From positions 1 to 26,996 of IMG/VR virus record IMGVR_UViG_3300020042_008720: a stretch of DNA of 26,996 nucleotides; one strand, given 5' to 3'. Below are positions 9,123 to 18,116 of the stretch, piece after piece; the first letter of the stretch is position 1, and each line of letters begins with the position of its first letter. The notes under the pieces were generated by a model, which saw only the letters and a list, made by a program, of their open reading frames with translations, searched no databases and was not told the origin of the DNA. This DNA is from a virus. Lineage: Duplodnaviria > Caudoviricetes. The translations under genes and the position numbers were made by a program.

Positions 9123-10979
9123 TTATATTGTTACTACGCGACCTTGAATATCTGTGTTTGGATATTTTAATTCAAATATAGAAGGATCTAATGATGGGTA
9201 TATAACCCCATTTAAAAGACCTGCTTGAACATCATATGAATACTTTGAATATCCGTTTTCTATTCCTGATTTATTTACTATTCTTATATCTTTAACTGTT
9301 TGAACTCCTTCTACTGTATCTAATAATGAATAAACATCTCCTAATAAAATAGGTTCATTTACTTGCCAATTATCTATATTAAAGAAAGATTGTAAAGCTA
9401 AAATGCATCTAGCAATTACATCTTGACTTGTATAGTTTGGTCTAATCACTATATCAAAGTTGCATCCAATATTAATTATATATGCAGGTTTAATATTGAT
9501 TGCGTCTGTTAACATCCTATAATCTGATAAATATGTTTGTATATTTTTAAGTATTGCTGGGGAAGGATCTGCTAATTGATTAGAGCTATTTAATCCTAAT
9601 ACATAAAGACTAACTAGTACTTGATCTTTATTACTAACATCACCATTAAAGTAGTTATTAAAAATAGCATCATCTTTAGTAACATAGGCTTTAGATACCT
9701 TACCATATTGAGCAGGCATGCATAAAGTTCTTGCAAGATAATCTTGTTGAGTAACCGCCCTTAACTGAGTTGGGAACTCATTAGCTATATTAAATCTTAA
9801 CTCTTCTGTTGTATCACCATCTCCACCACCTGAGGCAGGATTAGGATTACTTACGGCTATTGTATTCTGGTAAGTTGTATTACCTGATACAGTATATGAA
9901 GCGATATCAGTAAGTTGATTTGATAATACGTTTGCTTGAGCACCACCACCTACTAAATACTGGAATGTTATACTTGTGTTTTTTGGAGCTACTCCATAGG
10001 TCTGAGTTGTAACAAAGTTAGTAGGATCAAAAGAACTAGATAGAGTGCTTAAACCACCACCAGTTAAACCGACACTAACATTATTAGGATTAGGAAGAAT
10101 AGTTAAATCAGCAGCAGAGTTTATTCCAGAACCAAATTCTATTTCTAATGAACCATCACCTCTGAACCTAGATACAAATCTTCTAGGAACTTGTATTTTT
10201 TGAATCATGTATGGAACTTGATTCTGATATTGGTACAAGCTAGGATAATTAACTGCTGTATTCTGTACTGGCTTTAATATATAATCTTGGGCTAAATAAG
10301 GTACTTCATACCACGTATTTCCACTTGAGTCTTTTGCTTCAAGAATGGATATTATATTAGAGTCCTGTATAGTTATAGTCGTAAATCTTTCAGGTGCCGC
10401 AAAAGAAAATGCTTGGGTTTTAAGCTGTCCAGATAAACATTGAACTGTTTTCTTTAACAGATAAGATGTAGGAACATTACTTCCATTAATAGTATATACT
10501 TCTAGAGTCGTAGGATCATAAGATGATGAAGTAGAAAAGTCTACCTTTTGTGGTGCATAAAACAATACTGAGTTATTAACATTGGATTTAACCTGCATAC
10601 CCTGTTCTATAATCATTGTATAAGAGAAGTCAGGGATAGTAGCCGATCCAGATGATTGAGCTGGTATTTGTTGATAGACATCTAGATCTACTAAGGCAGC
10701 AGAAGTTACTTTAGGTCTATAACCTAACATGTAGGCTAAACTGTAAAGATTATTCTTTTGTTTTGCATACTGTAAAAATGTTTCTTGAAGCTGATTATCA
10801 AGATAAAAAGATAGTACATCACCAACATATGATGCCATCTCAATGAACATACTACCTGGTGAAGGTTGAGTAAAATCATTATATACCGTTGGGTAATATG
10901 ATTTAGCATACTCAATCAAATCAGATTTAAATGAGCTAAAGTCCTTATTTAGATATTTTATATCAACTTGGTTGGGCAT
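9123..10979 (-). CDS. Baseplate wedge subunit (T4 gp6 / baseplate J-like)
   Basis: N-terminal DFSSFKSDLIEY...NDF...G.MFIEMASYVGDVLSFYLD, AYMLGY.P, FGSG, GG.DGDT.EELR and RAVTQQDY motifs of the gp6/J family. Confidence 0.9.
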   Translation of the reverse strand: MPNQVDIKYLNKDFSSFKSDLIEYAKSYYPTVYNDFTQPSPGSMFIEMASYVGDVLSFYLDNQLQETFLQYAKQKNNLYSLAYMLGYRPKVTSAALVDLDVYQQIPAQSSGSATIPDFSYTMIIEQGMQVKSNVNNSVLFYAPQKVDFSTSSSYDPTTLEVYTINGSNVPTSYLLKKTVQCLSGQLKTQAFSFAAPERFTTITIQDSNIISILEAKDSSGNTWYEVPYLAQDYILKPVQNTAVNYPSLYQYQNQVPYMIQKIQVPRRFVSRFRGDGSLEIEFGSGINSAADLTILPNPNNVSVGLTGGGLSTLSSSFDPTNFVTTQTYGVAPKNTSITFQYLVGGGAQANVLSNQLTDIASYTVSGNTTYQNTIAVSNPNPASGGGDGDTTEELRFNIANEFPTQLRAVTQQDYLARTLCMPAQYGKVSKAYVTKDDAIFNNYFNGDVSNKDQVLVSLYVLGLNSSNQLADPSPAILKNIQTYLSDYRMLTDAINIKPAYIINIGCNFDIVIRPNYTSQDVIARCILALQSFFNIDNWQVNEPILLGDVYSLLDTVEGVQTVKDIRIVNKSGIENGYSKYSYDVQAGLLNGVIYPSLDPSIFELKYPNTDIQGRVVTI

Positions 10980-10981
10980 TT

Positions 10982-11395
10982 TTACATATTTTGTATAGTC
11001 AATATAACTGAATCATTTTCATTTGATCTTAATAGTCTGTAACTAAATTTTATATTTATTGAATTATAGTCTGCATTTCCTATTATATCTAACGTGACAA
11101 TTTCTATTTGAGGAAAATAATTTTCCATCTGAGTCCTTATAGATTGTTTAATTTCATCAAAGGTCATTTGATTAATTTGTTCAAAAAGCCTAGCTCTTAA
11201 ACCAGCACCAAAAGTAGGATTAAAAGGCCTTTCTCTAGGATCTGTTAAAAGATAATTTATTATATTATACTTAATCTGATCTTTAGTTGTATACACAGAA
11301 GAAAATACAGCAGGAGCAGAAAATGGAATCATAACTCCAATCGCTGTTGACGGTTTAAGGTCTAAGGGTGATATTTTCTTTAATCCGTATGCCAT
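10982..11395 (-). CDS. Baseplate gp25-like (gpW/gp25) protein
   Basis: IINYLLTDPRERPFNPTFGAGL..LFE...YFPQI matches the gp25 signature LLTxxGERxxxPxFG; directly upstream of the gp6-like gene. Confidence 0.9.
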   Translation of the reverse strand: MAYGLKKISPLDLKPSTAIGVMIPFSAPAVFSSVYTTKDQIKYNIINYLLTDPRERPFNPTFGAGLRARLFEQINQMTFDEIKQSIRTQMENYFPQIEIVTLDIIGNADYNSINIKFSYRLLRSNENDSVILTIQNM

Positions 11396-11838
11396 TAAAT
11401 TTGTCCTTGTGCTTTAAGTTTTGACATTAATCCTGTAAAATCTGGTACCTCATTTATCTGAACTGCGTCTATATTTGAACTTGTTCTTGCACTTCCTAGC
11501 ATTCCTTCAACACTACCAACCTTTACTTCTTTTGGTTGAAAACCCATTCCAGGATGGACATCATCTGTTGTCATGCTAAAATCTTCATTCAACATAGTTT
11601 TAGCTGTGTCATTTAAAAAAGCAGACATAGGATGGTTATCTGCAAACTTTATAGGCTTAGGGGCCGCATAAGTATTTAGTGTTCCAGGAATCTTTGATTT
11701 AACCTGTTCCTGAAGGCTTTTCTTTTGGTCTATAGTAACTGGAACCTTAACTTCCTTTAATATCTTTGGAAGCTCTTCTTTAAGAACTGCCCTAAGTTCT
11801 TCTCTTATTAGTTTTCTAAGTGCCTCTACTTGTGCCAT
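11395..11838 (-). CDS. Hypothetical protein
   Basis: 147 aa ORF, N-terminal LRKLIREELRAVLKEE helix; several L/I-x-E sites. Confidence 0.75.
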   Translation of the reverse strand: MAQVEALRKLIREELRAVLKEELPKILKEVKVPVTIDQKKSLQEQVKSKIPGTLNTYAAPKPIKFADNHPMSAFLNDTAKTMLNEDFSMTTDDVHPGMGFQPKEVKVGSVEGMLGSARTSSNIDAVQINEVPDFTGLMSKLKAQGQI

Positions 11839-11843
11839 ATATT

Positions 11844-11851
11844 ATAAATAT
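11844..11851 (-). promoter_or_regulatory. ATATTTAT candidate phage promoter
   Basis: Motif 5 nt upstream of ATG 11838 in a short intergenic gap. Confidence 0.55.
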
Positions 11852-11864
11852 TATTTTTTTAAAT

Positions 11865-13712
11865 TTACTCTATGATATTAGATACATTTGGTGTTATACC
11901 TTCAGAATATTTTCTGTTTGGATCTGTTGAGGCTAAATCTGACTTAAGGGATTCTGATTTTTGCCCCATCATCTTCCTTACCTTCTTCCTTAATGCCTTG
12001 CCACCAGGAAGATTATTTATGAAATCGGTTAATCCTAATTCTGCATCTTGCTTTTTCATCTCTTCTATATCCTGGGTATTAAATTGTATATTTCCTATAT
12101 CAATTGAATCATCATCTAAATACTGAATAGCCTCTAAAATTGTGGTTGTATCTTCTGCAGAAAGATTTCCTAAATCCGATTTAACAAATCCTTTGGATAC
12201 AAGAAGAGCTTTTACTTCATTTATTATAATAAGATCTAGAGAAGCAAATGTTGGAGTGGATTCTACAACAAGATTTAAATTATTATCTAAAGCAATTCCG
12301 TATCTTCTTTTAATAGATATTCCTTCATCAGTTACCTCTTCAGTTATTATTTTTATAGTATATTCACCAAACTGATTTGTCTTAGCCTCATTAACTTTAT
12401 TATATCCATCCAGAAATTCCTGTAGTAAATTTGCTGTTGTTGATAAATTGTTAATAGTGTCAATAAGGTCTTGTTTTAATTCTGGATCTATATTGTTACA
12501 GTTCTCTATATTTAATAGGATTAGATTAAGCTTTCCTATAATGCTACCCATACCTGCTACTAAAGATGTAACAAATATAGCCATTAAATTTAAAACAGCA
12601 TTAATTTGATTTAGTCTCTTTATTAGTTTTTTCTGTCCTAACTCTGTTAATTTTTGTTGGTATGTATCATTTAAAACAACATCGGCACCTTTTGTTCCAA
12701 AAAAGCTAGGTATAATTATAGTAGCTATGAAAGCTTTTATAATATTGAATATCTGTACTAATGAAATTAATAGTTTAACTAGTAATCTTCCAGTATTAAT
12801 ATATTTAATAGCATTTTGTCCTACTGAATTTATATTGTTTGCTACTTTTAATATGGATTTTAAAACTCTAGGAACTTGATTAATTGGTATTAGCTTAGTT
12901 ATTTTTGCTATTTCATCTTGAACTTTTCCATTTAAAGATGTATCAACTAAACTAATAAGATTAGCTGGACTATTTAAACCTTGTATAGCAACACAGTAGA
13001 ATTTTATTTTATCTATTGTGTTTAGTATTTTTGATACATCAGAACTTGGTATATCATCTACACTATTATAATTGTTAAATGAAGTAGATATTCCGTTTAT
13101 AAAATTTGTAGCTAATGAAATTTGTGGAAAAGTTTCAATTAATAAAGGATCATTAAATCCTATACCAGGTGCTAAAACTGTAGAGAATCCATCATTTACT
13201 TGTTTTATTAGAGTATATAAACCTAATTTACTTTCAGGATTATTAGTACTTCCGTAACTAGCATTATATTGATCTATTTTTGATTGCACCTTAAAAGCTG
13301 CATTTTGTAAATTCCATTTTGCTTTACCTAATGGATCTGTTGGTATAGAATCTGAACCAGGATTAAATTGTGCACTTCCTGATATTTGATTTATTCCGTA
13401 ATTTATAATATTACAAAAGTCAACATCAGCAATATCTGTTAATAAGTTATCTATCCCTCTATCAAATGCTCTTTGTATGAGATTACCTTCTCCCTCTTGT
13501 AATTTAAATTGTCCATACAGTATACCATTAGTTTTTCCTTGCGCATTAATAATAAACTTGGCTATTATACCTATAGCCTTTTCTAAACCTTTAGCAGTTG
13601 TAGTATTTATGTTTAGCTTATTATTACCTAAGTTAACAAATCCTTTTTTTACTTTAGGATCAGCTTGTGCCTTAGCTACATTTTTTGCTATATTTGGATT
13701 TAGTGTTATCAT
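11865..13712 (-). CDS. Helical tail-tip-associated protein with hydrophobic segments (function unknown)
   Basis: 615 aa; hydrophobic LLVKLLISLVQIFNIIKAFIATIIIPSFFG and LNLMAIFVTSLVAGMGSIIG; lies between spike-like and gp25-like genes. Confidence 0.6.
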   Translation of the reverse strand: MITLNPNIAKNVAKAQADPKVKKGFVNLGNNKLNINTTTAKGLEKAIGIIAKFIINAQGKTNGILYGQFKLQEGEGNLIQRAFDRGIDNLLTDIADVDFCNIINYGINQISGSAQFNPGSDSIPTDPLGKAKWNLQNAAFKVQSKIDQYNASYGSTNNPESKLGLYTLIKQVNDGFSTVLAPGIGFNDPLLIETFPQISLATNFINGISTSFNNYNSVDDIPSSDVSKILNTIDKIKFYCVAIQGLNSPANLISLVDTSLNGKVQDEIAKITKLIPINQVPRVLKSILKVANNINSVGQNAIKYINTGRLLVKLLISLVQIFNIIKAFIATIIIPSFFGTKGADVVLNDTYQQKLTELGQKKLIKRLNQINAVLNLMAIFVTSLVAGMGSIIGKLNLILLNIENCNNIDPELKQDLIDTINNLSTTANLLQEFLDGYNKVNEAKTNQFGEYTIKIITEEVTDEGISIKRRYGIALDNNLNLVVESTPTFASLDLIIINEVKALLVSKGFVKSDLGNLSAEDTTTILEAIQYLDDDSIDIGNIQFNTQDIEEMKKQDAELGLTDFINNLPGGKALRKKVRKMMGQKSESLKSDLASTDPNRKYSEGITPNVSNIIE

Positions 13713-13716
13713 TGTA

Positions 13717-14148
13717 CTATCTAGTAAATGTATTTTTAGATAATATAAACCCGCTATTTAAAACCTGTGATAATCTAGAGGCTTCTTTATTTATTATTTG
13801 TCCTGCATTTGCTATTAATTGCATACTAGCTCCAAGATCTGTTTCAGAAGCCTGTGCCATAAGAGTTCCTGCATAAGCTATTTCTTTTAAAAGTAATGCT
13901 AATTGAGTATTTAAATTCCTACCTAAAACAACTGGCTGTCCTAGTGTTTGTGCTTTAGCACCTAGTTCGATTACTTTACAGTCTATAAGTACTTTATCAA
14001 CTGCATCTAAATTAATAGTCTTTGTTGATGATAGAGATACAGCCTGTTTACCAAATAAGAAAATAGCATCAGACTTAGCATGCACTAAAACCCTTTCAGA
14101 AGATAGGATTAGCTGATTACCTTTATATGGAAACTCTGGTTTATACAT
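13717..14148 (-). CDS. Baseplate spike C-terminal-like protein (gp5/gpV beta-helix part)
   Basis: Short alternating beta-strand repeats (QLILSSERVLVHAK..AIFLFGK..VSLSS...INLDA...VLID...IELG) then PVVLG, typical of spike C-termini. Confidence 0.55.
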   Translation of the reverse strand: MYKPEFPYKGNQLILSSERVLVHAKSDAIFLFGKQAVSLSSTKTINLDAVDKVLIDCKVIELGAKAQTLGQPVVLGRNLNTQLALLLKEIAYAGTLMAQASETDLGASMQLIANAGQIINKEASRLSQVLNSGFILSKNTFTR

Positions 14149-15047
14149 TATTTGATACTGTTTTCATCCTGGAATTGTGCTGATATAGATTCATCTGATA
14201 AAGGAGGCGTTTGTATCTGTAATATATTTTGGCTCTGTGGAGTTATATTTGTTCCAAAAGAGGCTAGTGGAAAATAATTTAAGTCTTCTATATTTATCTC
14301 TTGCGTACTAGTCATGTATATAGAAGATCCGTCTTTATTTATATCTTCTACCATATTATCAAACTTTCCAAGTCCAGGTCTGCTTCCTTGTTTATTTATA
14401 ATAATAGTAATAGGGTCTCCGTTTTTTCCAGAATTAGACCATGTATTAAAATTTTTCATTACAGGAACTGTACTTCCAAATCTTATTGACTGGCCATACC
14501 TTGATTCTAAAATACTATCTCCTTCAAAAGGTCTTAGATTTCTTACAATTTGCTCTTGAAATGTTGGTCCTAAAGGAAGCTTTGGTCCTTGAGTAGCAGT
14601 ACCTGAATAACCTGGTTGATTTGAAAATTTATTCAAATAATCTGCATATTCTGACATATTAGGAAATGCTCCATGATTAACATGGTTCCATAAAGAGTAT
14701 GGGGGAAAGTAAAAAAACTGTTGGTTTTTTGTAGAATCATTAAGTTTTTCAGTAGGACCTCCTAATATAAGAACAATCTCATTTACAACAGGAAGCTGTT
14801 TGATAAAAGAGAATATTGGATAGGCAGGCTCAGATACTGCAAGTGCCTTAGATGTTGCCAAAGGCGAATAAAGAAGCTCATATTTAATCTTACCTACATC
14901 TCCAGGATGGTTATAATCAGGATCAGGTATCTTTGTATTACCTACAAAAGGACCCATAACAATCTTCTTAACTCTACCAATTACAAAGTACTGGCCATTA
15001 GATTGACCAGCAGCAGAGTTTATTGGAGATATTAATTCGTATGCCAT
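14148..15047 (-). CDS. Baseplate hub/spike N-terminal-like protein (gp5/gpV OB-fold part)
   Basis: G.IKY...AYP......LPVVNEIVLI resembles the gp5/gpV OB-fold PxxGExVxV; then FEGDSILESRYGQSIRFG beta repeats. Confidence 0.6.
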   Translation of the reverse strand: MAYELISPINSAAGQSNGQYFVIGRVKKIVMGPFVGNTKIPDPDYNHPGDVGKIKYELLYSPLATSKALAVSEPAYPIFSFIKQLPVVNEIVLILGGPTEKLNDSTKNQQFFYFPPYSLWNHVNHGAFPNMSEYADYLNKFSNQPGYSGTATQGPKLPLGPTFQEQIVRNLRPFEGDSILESRYGQSIRFGSTVPVMKNFNTWSNSGKNGDPITIIINKQGSRPGLGKFDNMVEDINKDGSSIYMTSTQEINIEDLNYFPLASFGTNITPQSQNILQIQTPPLSDESISAQFQDENSIK

Positions 15048-15406
15048 TATGCTTGTGGTAGTTGTTTATGATCTCTTGTTTTTATATTTGAAACATCACT
15101 AAATAACTGGGCGATATCCTTTTCTGTTAGTATACCACTATCCTCTGCTCCATCCTTTTTTTCTGCTGCAGCCTTCTGGAAAAGGCTAATTAACTTCATT
15201 AAAACTTCATCATTCTTAAGGCTAGAATCAAAAAATCCTTTAAGCAGCGGTACAATTACAATAGCGTCTCCAGGAGTTTCAATCATATCGACAAGCCTCA
15301 TGATCTCCTGTTTTAGTGAGGAATCTTGGTTTTTTTGCTTATTATATACCTCCTCTACAAGATCTCCAACTGTTTTTCCTTTAAATATTTCCTTATCAAG
15401 TTCCAT
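15047..15406 (-). CDS. Hypothetical protein
   Basis: 119 aa helical ORF, TAATG-coupled to the downstream gene, preceded by ATATTTAT. Confidence 0.75.
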   Translation of the reverse strand: MELDKEIFKGKTVGDLVEEVYNKQKNQDSSLKQEIMRLVDMIETPGDAIVIVPLLKGFFDSSLKNDEVLMKLISLFQKAAAEKKDGAEDSGILTEKDIAQLFSDVSNIKTRDHKQLPQA

Positions 15407-15417
15407 GACTTTTTAGA

Positions 15418-15425
15418 ATAAATAT
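15418..15425 (-). promoter_or_regulatory. ATATTTAT candidate phage promoter
   Basis: Motif 11 nt upstream of ATG 15406, at the head of the structural gene run. Confidence 0.55.
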
Positions 15426-16177
15426 TAATAATCATTATTTTCCAAGTAATTGTCAAGGATAGTTTTGTATATTGTTTTTAACTTTTTGATTACTTTGGTA
15501 ATAGTATTTGACTGAGTATCGGTCATTTCTTTTACATATATAAAGACTGCCTTTTTATTGAAAATGTCTATGTTCTCCCTCTTCTTGAAGATCTCTAGAA
15601 TAGCATCAGCGACCTTCAGCTCCTCAGTTTTGTCAAATAACTCCATAAGGTTGCCATCTACATATTTGATAAAAAGCTCGACCACACCTAACTTGTCTAG
15701 CTCTGGTTCTGGCTCTTTTACTATTATACTATTTAAAAGGGCATTGTCATCATACTGTTCACCAATCTCTGCTTTAGATATTAGTTTTTTATAATTCTTT
15801 TGATTATATATGATCAAGTACCTTTTGGCAATAGTACCAAAATATGAGTATGCTTTACCTTTTGACTGGTCATATAGATCTAACTTTTGCAAAAGAAAAG
15901 AAATAACCTCATACTTAAGGTCCTCAATATTATCTACCTCAGTATAGTAAAACTTAAAAGTGTGGATAATATTCTCTACAAGTTTATAAAACCCATAATG
16001 AATATCTTTATTATATATCCTATTCCTGTCAGCAATACTTTTTGAACTTCTATATCTAAGAATAGCCTCCTCTGTATCAGAGGTAAAATAATTATTTTTT
16101 ACTTTTGGCTTTCTTTTTCTAGGCTCACCCTTTTTGGTAAGTAATACCTCTTCTTCAACTGCTACTATATCACTCAT
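15425..16177 (-). CDS. Phage RNA polymerase sigma factor (sigma70 region 2, T4 gp55-like)
   Basis: KLVENII...EDLKYEVISFLLQKLDLYDQSKGKAYSYFGTIAKRYLI matches region 2 pattern DL.QE....L......FD..KG..F.YF; possible C-terminal helix-turn-helix. Confidence 0.75.
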   Translation of the reverse strand: MSDIVAVEEEVLLTKKGEPRKRKPKVKNNYFTSDTEEAILRYRSSKSIADRNRIYNKDIHYGFYKLVENIIHTFKFYYTEVDNIEDLKYEVISFLLQKLDLYDQSKGKAYSYFGTIAKRYLIIYNQKNYKKLISKAEIGEQYDDNALLNSIIVKEPEPELDKLGVVELFIKYVDGNLMELFDKTEELKVADAILEIFKKRENIDIFNKKAVFIYVKEMTDTQSNTITKVIKKLKTIYKTILDNYLENNDY

Positions 16178-16178
16178 A

Positions 16179-16451
16179 CTAAGATTCTATAAATTCATTA
16201 ATTTTACTCTGCATTATTTTTACATTCTCCATAAGGCTTAAAAACTCAGGATCTGATTGAACCCAGATTTGTGAATCAATTTGATTAGCAGCAATATTAA
16301 CTTCTTTCATGGATTCTTTCATACCATTAATAAAGATCTGTTGAGTAATAATAATAGATTCAAGTCTTTTGTTTTTTTGGAAAAGATTCCAAATTACATA
16401 TCCTACTATAGATACTACCCATAAAATAGATGCGATTATTCCTATTGTCAT
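16179..16451 (-). CDS. Small membrane-anchored coiled-coil protein
   Basis: N-terminal hydrophobic helix IGIIASILWVVSIVGYVIWNLF followed by basic residues and heptads. Confidence 0.7.
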   Translation of the reverse strand: MTIGIIASILWVVSIVGYVIWNLFQKNKRLESIIITQQIFINGMKESMKEVNIAANQIDSQIWVQSDPEFLSLMENVKIMQSKINEFIES

Positions 16452-16454
16452 ATA

Positions 16455-17090
16455 TTATTTATTTTGAACTTCTATTTTGCTAGCCATTAAATCTGCATGG
16501 TGCAATATATAAGCGATATTAGATCTTAAATCATTATCTTTATTATAAGTTATATAGTATGCTTTATTTGATTCTTCATACAACCCGTCATGAATTTTAA
16601 TTGCTATGTATTCATTTTCAGTCATTGGAATACCTGCTTGCTGAAGATAGAACAAACTTCTATCGGCAACTCTCATATATGTTATATTAGGATTATACTT
16701 ATAAATGGCTCCCTGCTTTTCAATATGCCACTGGGAATCATTAGGAAGGTACATAGGCTCATCATTAGTACCTAATTTACCTAAATCGTGATTAATAGCA
16801 GCAAATACTAATTCTTCAGTTGTATAGTTTTTTTTCTGGCCGAATTTATCCCATACCTTTTCAAATACTAAAGAACCTTCAATAACCCTAATAACATGAT
16901 CTAAATAACCTCCAGCAAATGCATTATGATGATCAGCCTTTGTAGACGCAGGAGATAGTAATAAAGTATCTTCTACAGATTTGTAAAACTGTTTAAGTTT
17001 GTCCCGTCTACTATCTCCAATGTACTTGTCAATGATAGCATAGAATTTATCCAGACTTTCTATAATCTGTTCAGGTTGTAATTTTTTCAT
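16455..17090 (-). CDS. HD-domain phosphohydrolase (YhaM/Cbf1-like)
   Basis: PAS...HHNAFAGGYLDH, HDLGK, IHDG, LHHAD motifs characteristic of YhaM-type HD domains. Confidence 0.85.
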   Translation of the reverse strand: MKKLQPEQIIESLDKFYAIIDKYIGDSRRDKLKQFYKSVEDTLLLSPASTKADHHNAFAGGYLDHVIRVIEGSLVFEKVWDKFGQKKNYTTEELVFAAINHDLGKLGTNDEPMYLPNDSQWHIEKQGAIYKYNPNITYMRVADRSLFYLQQAGIPMTENEYIAIKIHDGLYEESNKAYYITYNKDNDLRSNIAYILHHADLMASKIEVQNK

Positions 17091-17100
17091 ACCTTATTAT

Positions 17101-17280
17101 TTAAAATGATTCTTGTTCTGTATTTATTAGAACTTCCATTTCTTGAACCTTTTGAACCTGTTTCTCTATTTGCTTTACAAATTCTTCTCTAGGCCTGTTA
17201 TCAGAAAGCATTGCTCTTTGAACATTTAATAGATTGTTTAGCTCGAATATCTTCTTTAAAATTAATTGTTTGTATCTCAT
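17101..17280 (-). CDS. Small hypothetical protein (59 aa, not in ORF track)
   Basis: MRYKQLILKKIFELNNLLNVQRAMLSDNRPREEFVKQIEKQVQKVQEMEVLINTEQESF*; fills the gap between co-oriented genes. Confidence 0.75.
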   Translation of the reverse strand: MRYKQLILKKIFELNNLLNVQRAMLSDNRPREEFVKQIEKQVQKVQEMEVLINTEQESF

Positions 17281-17284
17281 ACTA

Positions 17285-17608
17285 CTAATATAATTTATTT
17301 TTTACATACTGTAACATTTGTTCTATAGAGTGTAAAGGAATTCCTTGTATATTACCTCCTAAGTTATATTTTTTACCTAGTTCATTATAATCATTTACTA
17401 AATATAATATCTTTAGAATATTATCATTTGTATCAACTATTAAAGTTATTGGATAATTAGTAACATTTATTAATGCTTCTAAGTTATCACAATTAATTGG
17501 ATCGTTTTCACAAGTTGTAAAAGAATAGTCTAGATTATTTTGTTTAAGAGCCTCTTTTAACTTATTACATCGATCACAATCTTTTAGAGTTGTTAATTTA
17601 ATTCTCAT
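17285..17608 (-). CDS. Glutaredoxin/thioredoxin-fold protein
   Basis: N-terminal beta-strand then CDRC (CxxC) and NYP (cis-Pro position). Confidence 0.7.
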   Translation of the reverse strand: MRIKLTTLKDCDRCNKLKEALKQNNLDYSFTTCENDPINCDNLEALINVTNYPITLIVDTNDNILKILYLVNDYNELGKKYNLGGNIQGIPLHSIEQMLQYVKNKLY

Positions 17609-17762
17609 AAAACTGTTTATCTATTTTTTGCATTATATTAATCCACATTAATTTTTCTTCTTTTGCCATAGATTCAAATGACATTGATAAATAAATATAT
17701 ATTGCATCTAATTCTTTTTCTGTTATCTTGCTATCGTCTATTTTAATATCTTCTAGGTTCAT
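17598..17762 (-). CDS. Small hypothetical protein (54 aa, not in ORF track)
   Basis: MNLEDIKIDDSKITEKELDAIYIYLSMSFESMAKEEKLMWINIMQKIDKQFYEN*; overlaps the start of the glutaredoxin-like gene. Confidence 0.65.
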   Translation of the reverse strand: MNLEDIKIDDSKITEKELDAIYIYLSMSFESMAKEEKLMWINIMQKIDKQFYEN

Positions 17763-17770
17763 ACAATAGG

Positions 17771-18035
17771 CTAGTTTAAAGGTATTTGACCTTTTTTAGA
17801 GTGTGATTGACTTTGATTATTGCTAACAACTTATATTTAAAACCCTTTAGCGGACTAAACCGTCGGATATGGCCGATATTATTTTAAACCTTCTCTGTTA
17901 ACTATGTTTATATACCTGAAGCATTATACTTAGTCTTAACTCCTGGTAGCCGTATTGCTTACTCATTCTAAAACTCACTCATGGAATTTAACCAAGCTAT
18001 GGCATAGAGCCTGAGTATACGGCGTTAATATTAAC
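17771..18035 (-). ncRNA. Candidate structured non-coding RNA or 5' leader (unassigned family)
   Basis: No ORF in the track; at least five stems visible by eye (GCCGTAT/ATACGGC with inner ACTCA/TGAGT; TACC-A-GGAGT/GCTTC-A-GGTA; TCGG/CCGA; TTTAG/CTAAA; AAAGGT/ACCTTT); - strand ATATTTA motifs immediately upstream. Confidence 0.5.
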
Positions 18036-18076
18036 TAAATATACAACAAATTATTGAAACAAAAAAATTTATTTTA

Positions 18077-18084
18077 ATAAATAT
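18077..18084 (-). promoter_or_regulatory. ATATTTAT candidate leftward promoter (second, imperfect ATATTTAG copy at 18035-18042)
   Basis: Motif on the - strand upstream of the structured element and the leftward block. Confidence 0.45.
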
Positions 18085-18108
18085 TTTTTTATGTCGTTTT
18101 TTTGTCTT

Positions 18109-18116
18109 ATATTTAT
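18109..18116 (+). promoter_or_regulatory. ATATTTAT candidate rightward promoter
   Basis: TTTGTCTTATATTTATAGAATG: motif 3 nt upstream of the primase ATG at 18120. Confidence 0.55.

Noticed and set aside
16179-16451. Holin or spanin
   Set aside because: A single TM helix plus coiled coil is compatible, but there is no endolysin or lipoprotein partner nearby.
2349-16775. Short + strand ORFs (2349, 2807, 3013, 3536, 8268, 11872, 12142, 13072, 13477, 13685, 14301, 14314, 15558, 16590)
   Set aside because: All lie opposite long, motif-bearing - strand genes and show no recognisable motifs.
17771-18035. tRNA, tmRNA, RNase P or self-splicing intron
   Set aside because: No cloverleaf/TTC loop, no GGAAAGTCC-type RNase P signature and no interrupted gene; kept only as an unassigned structured element.
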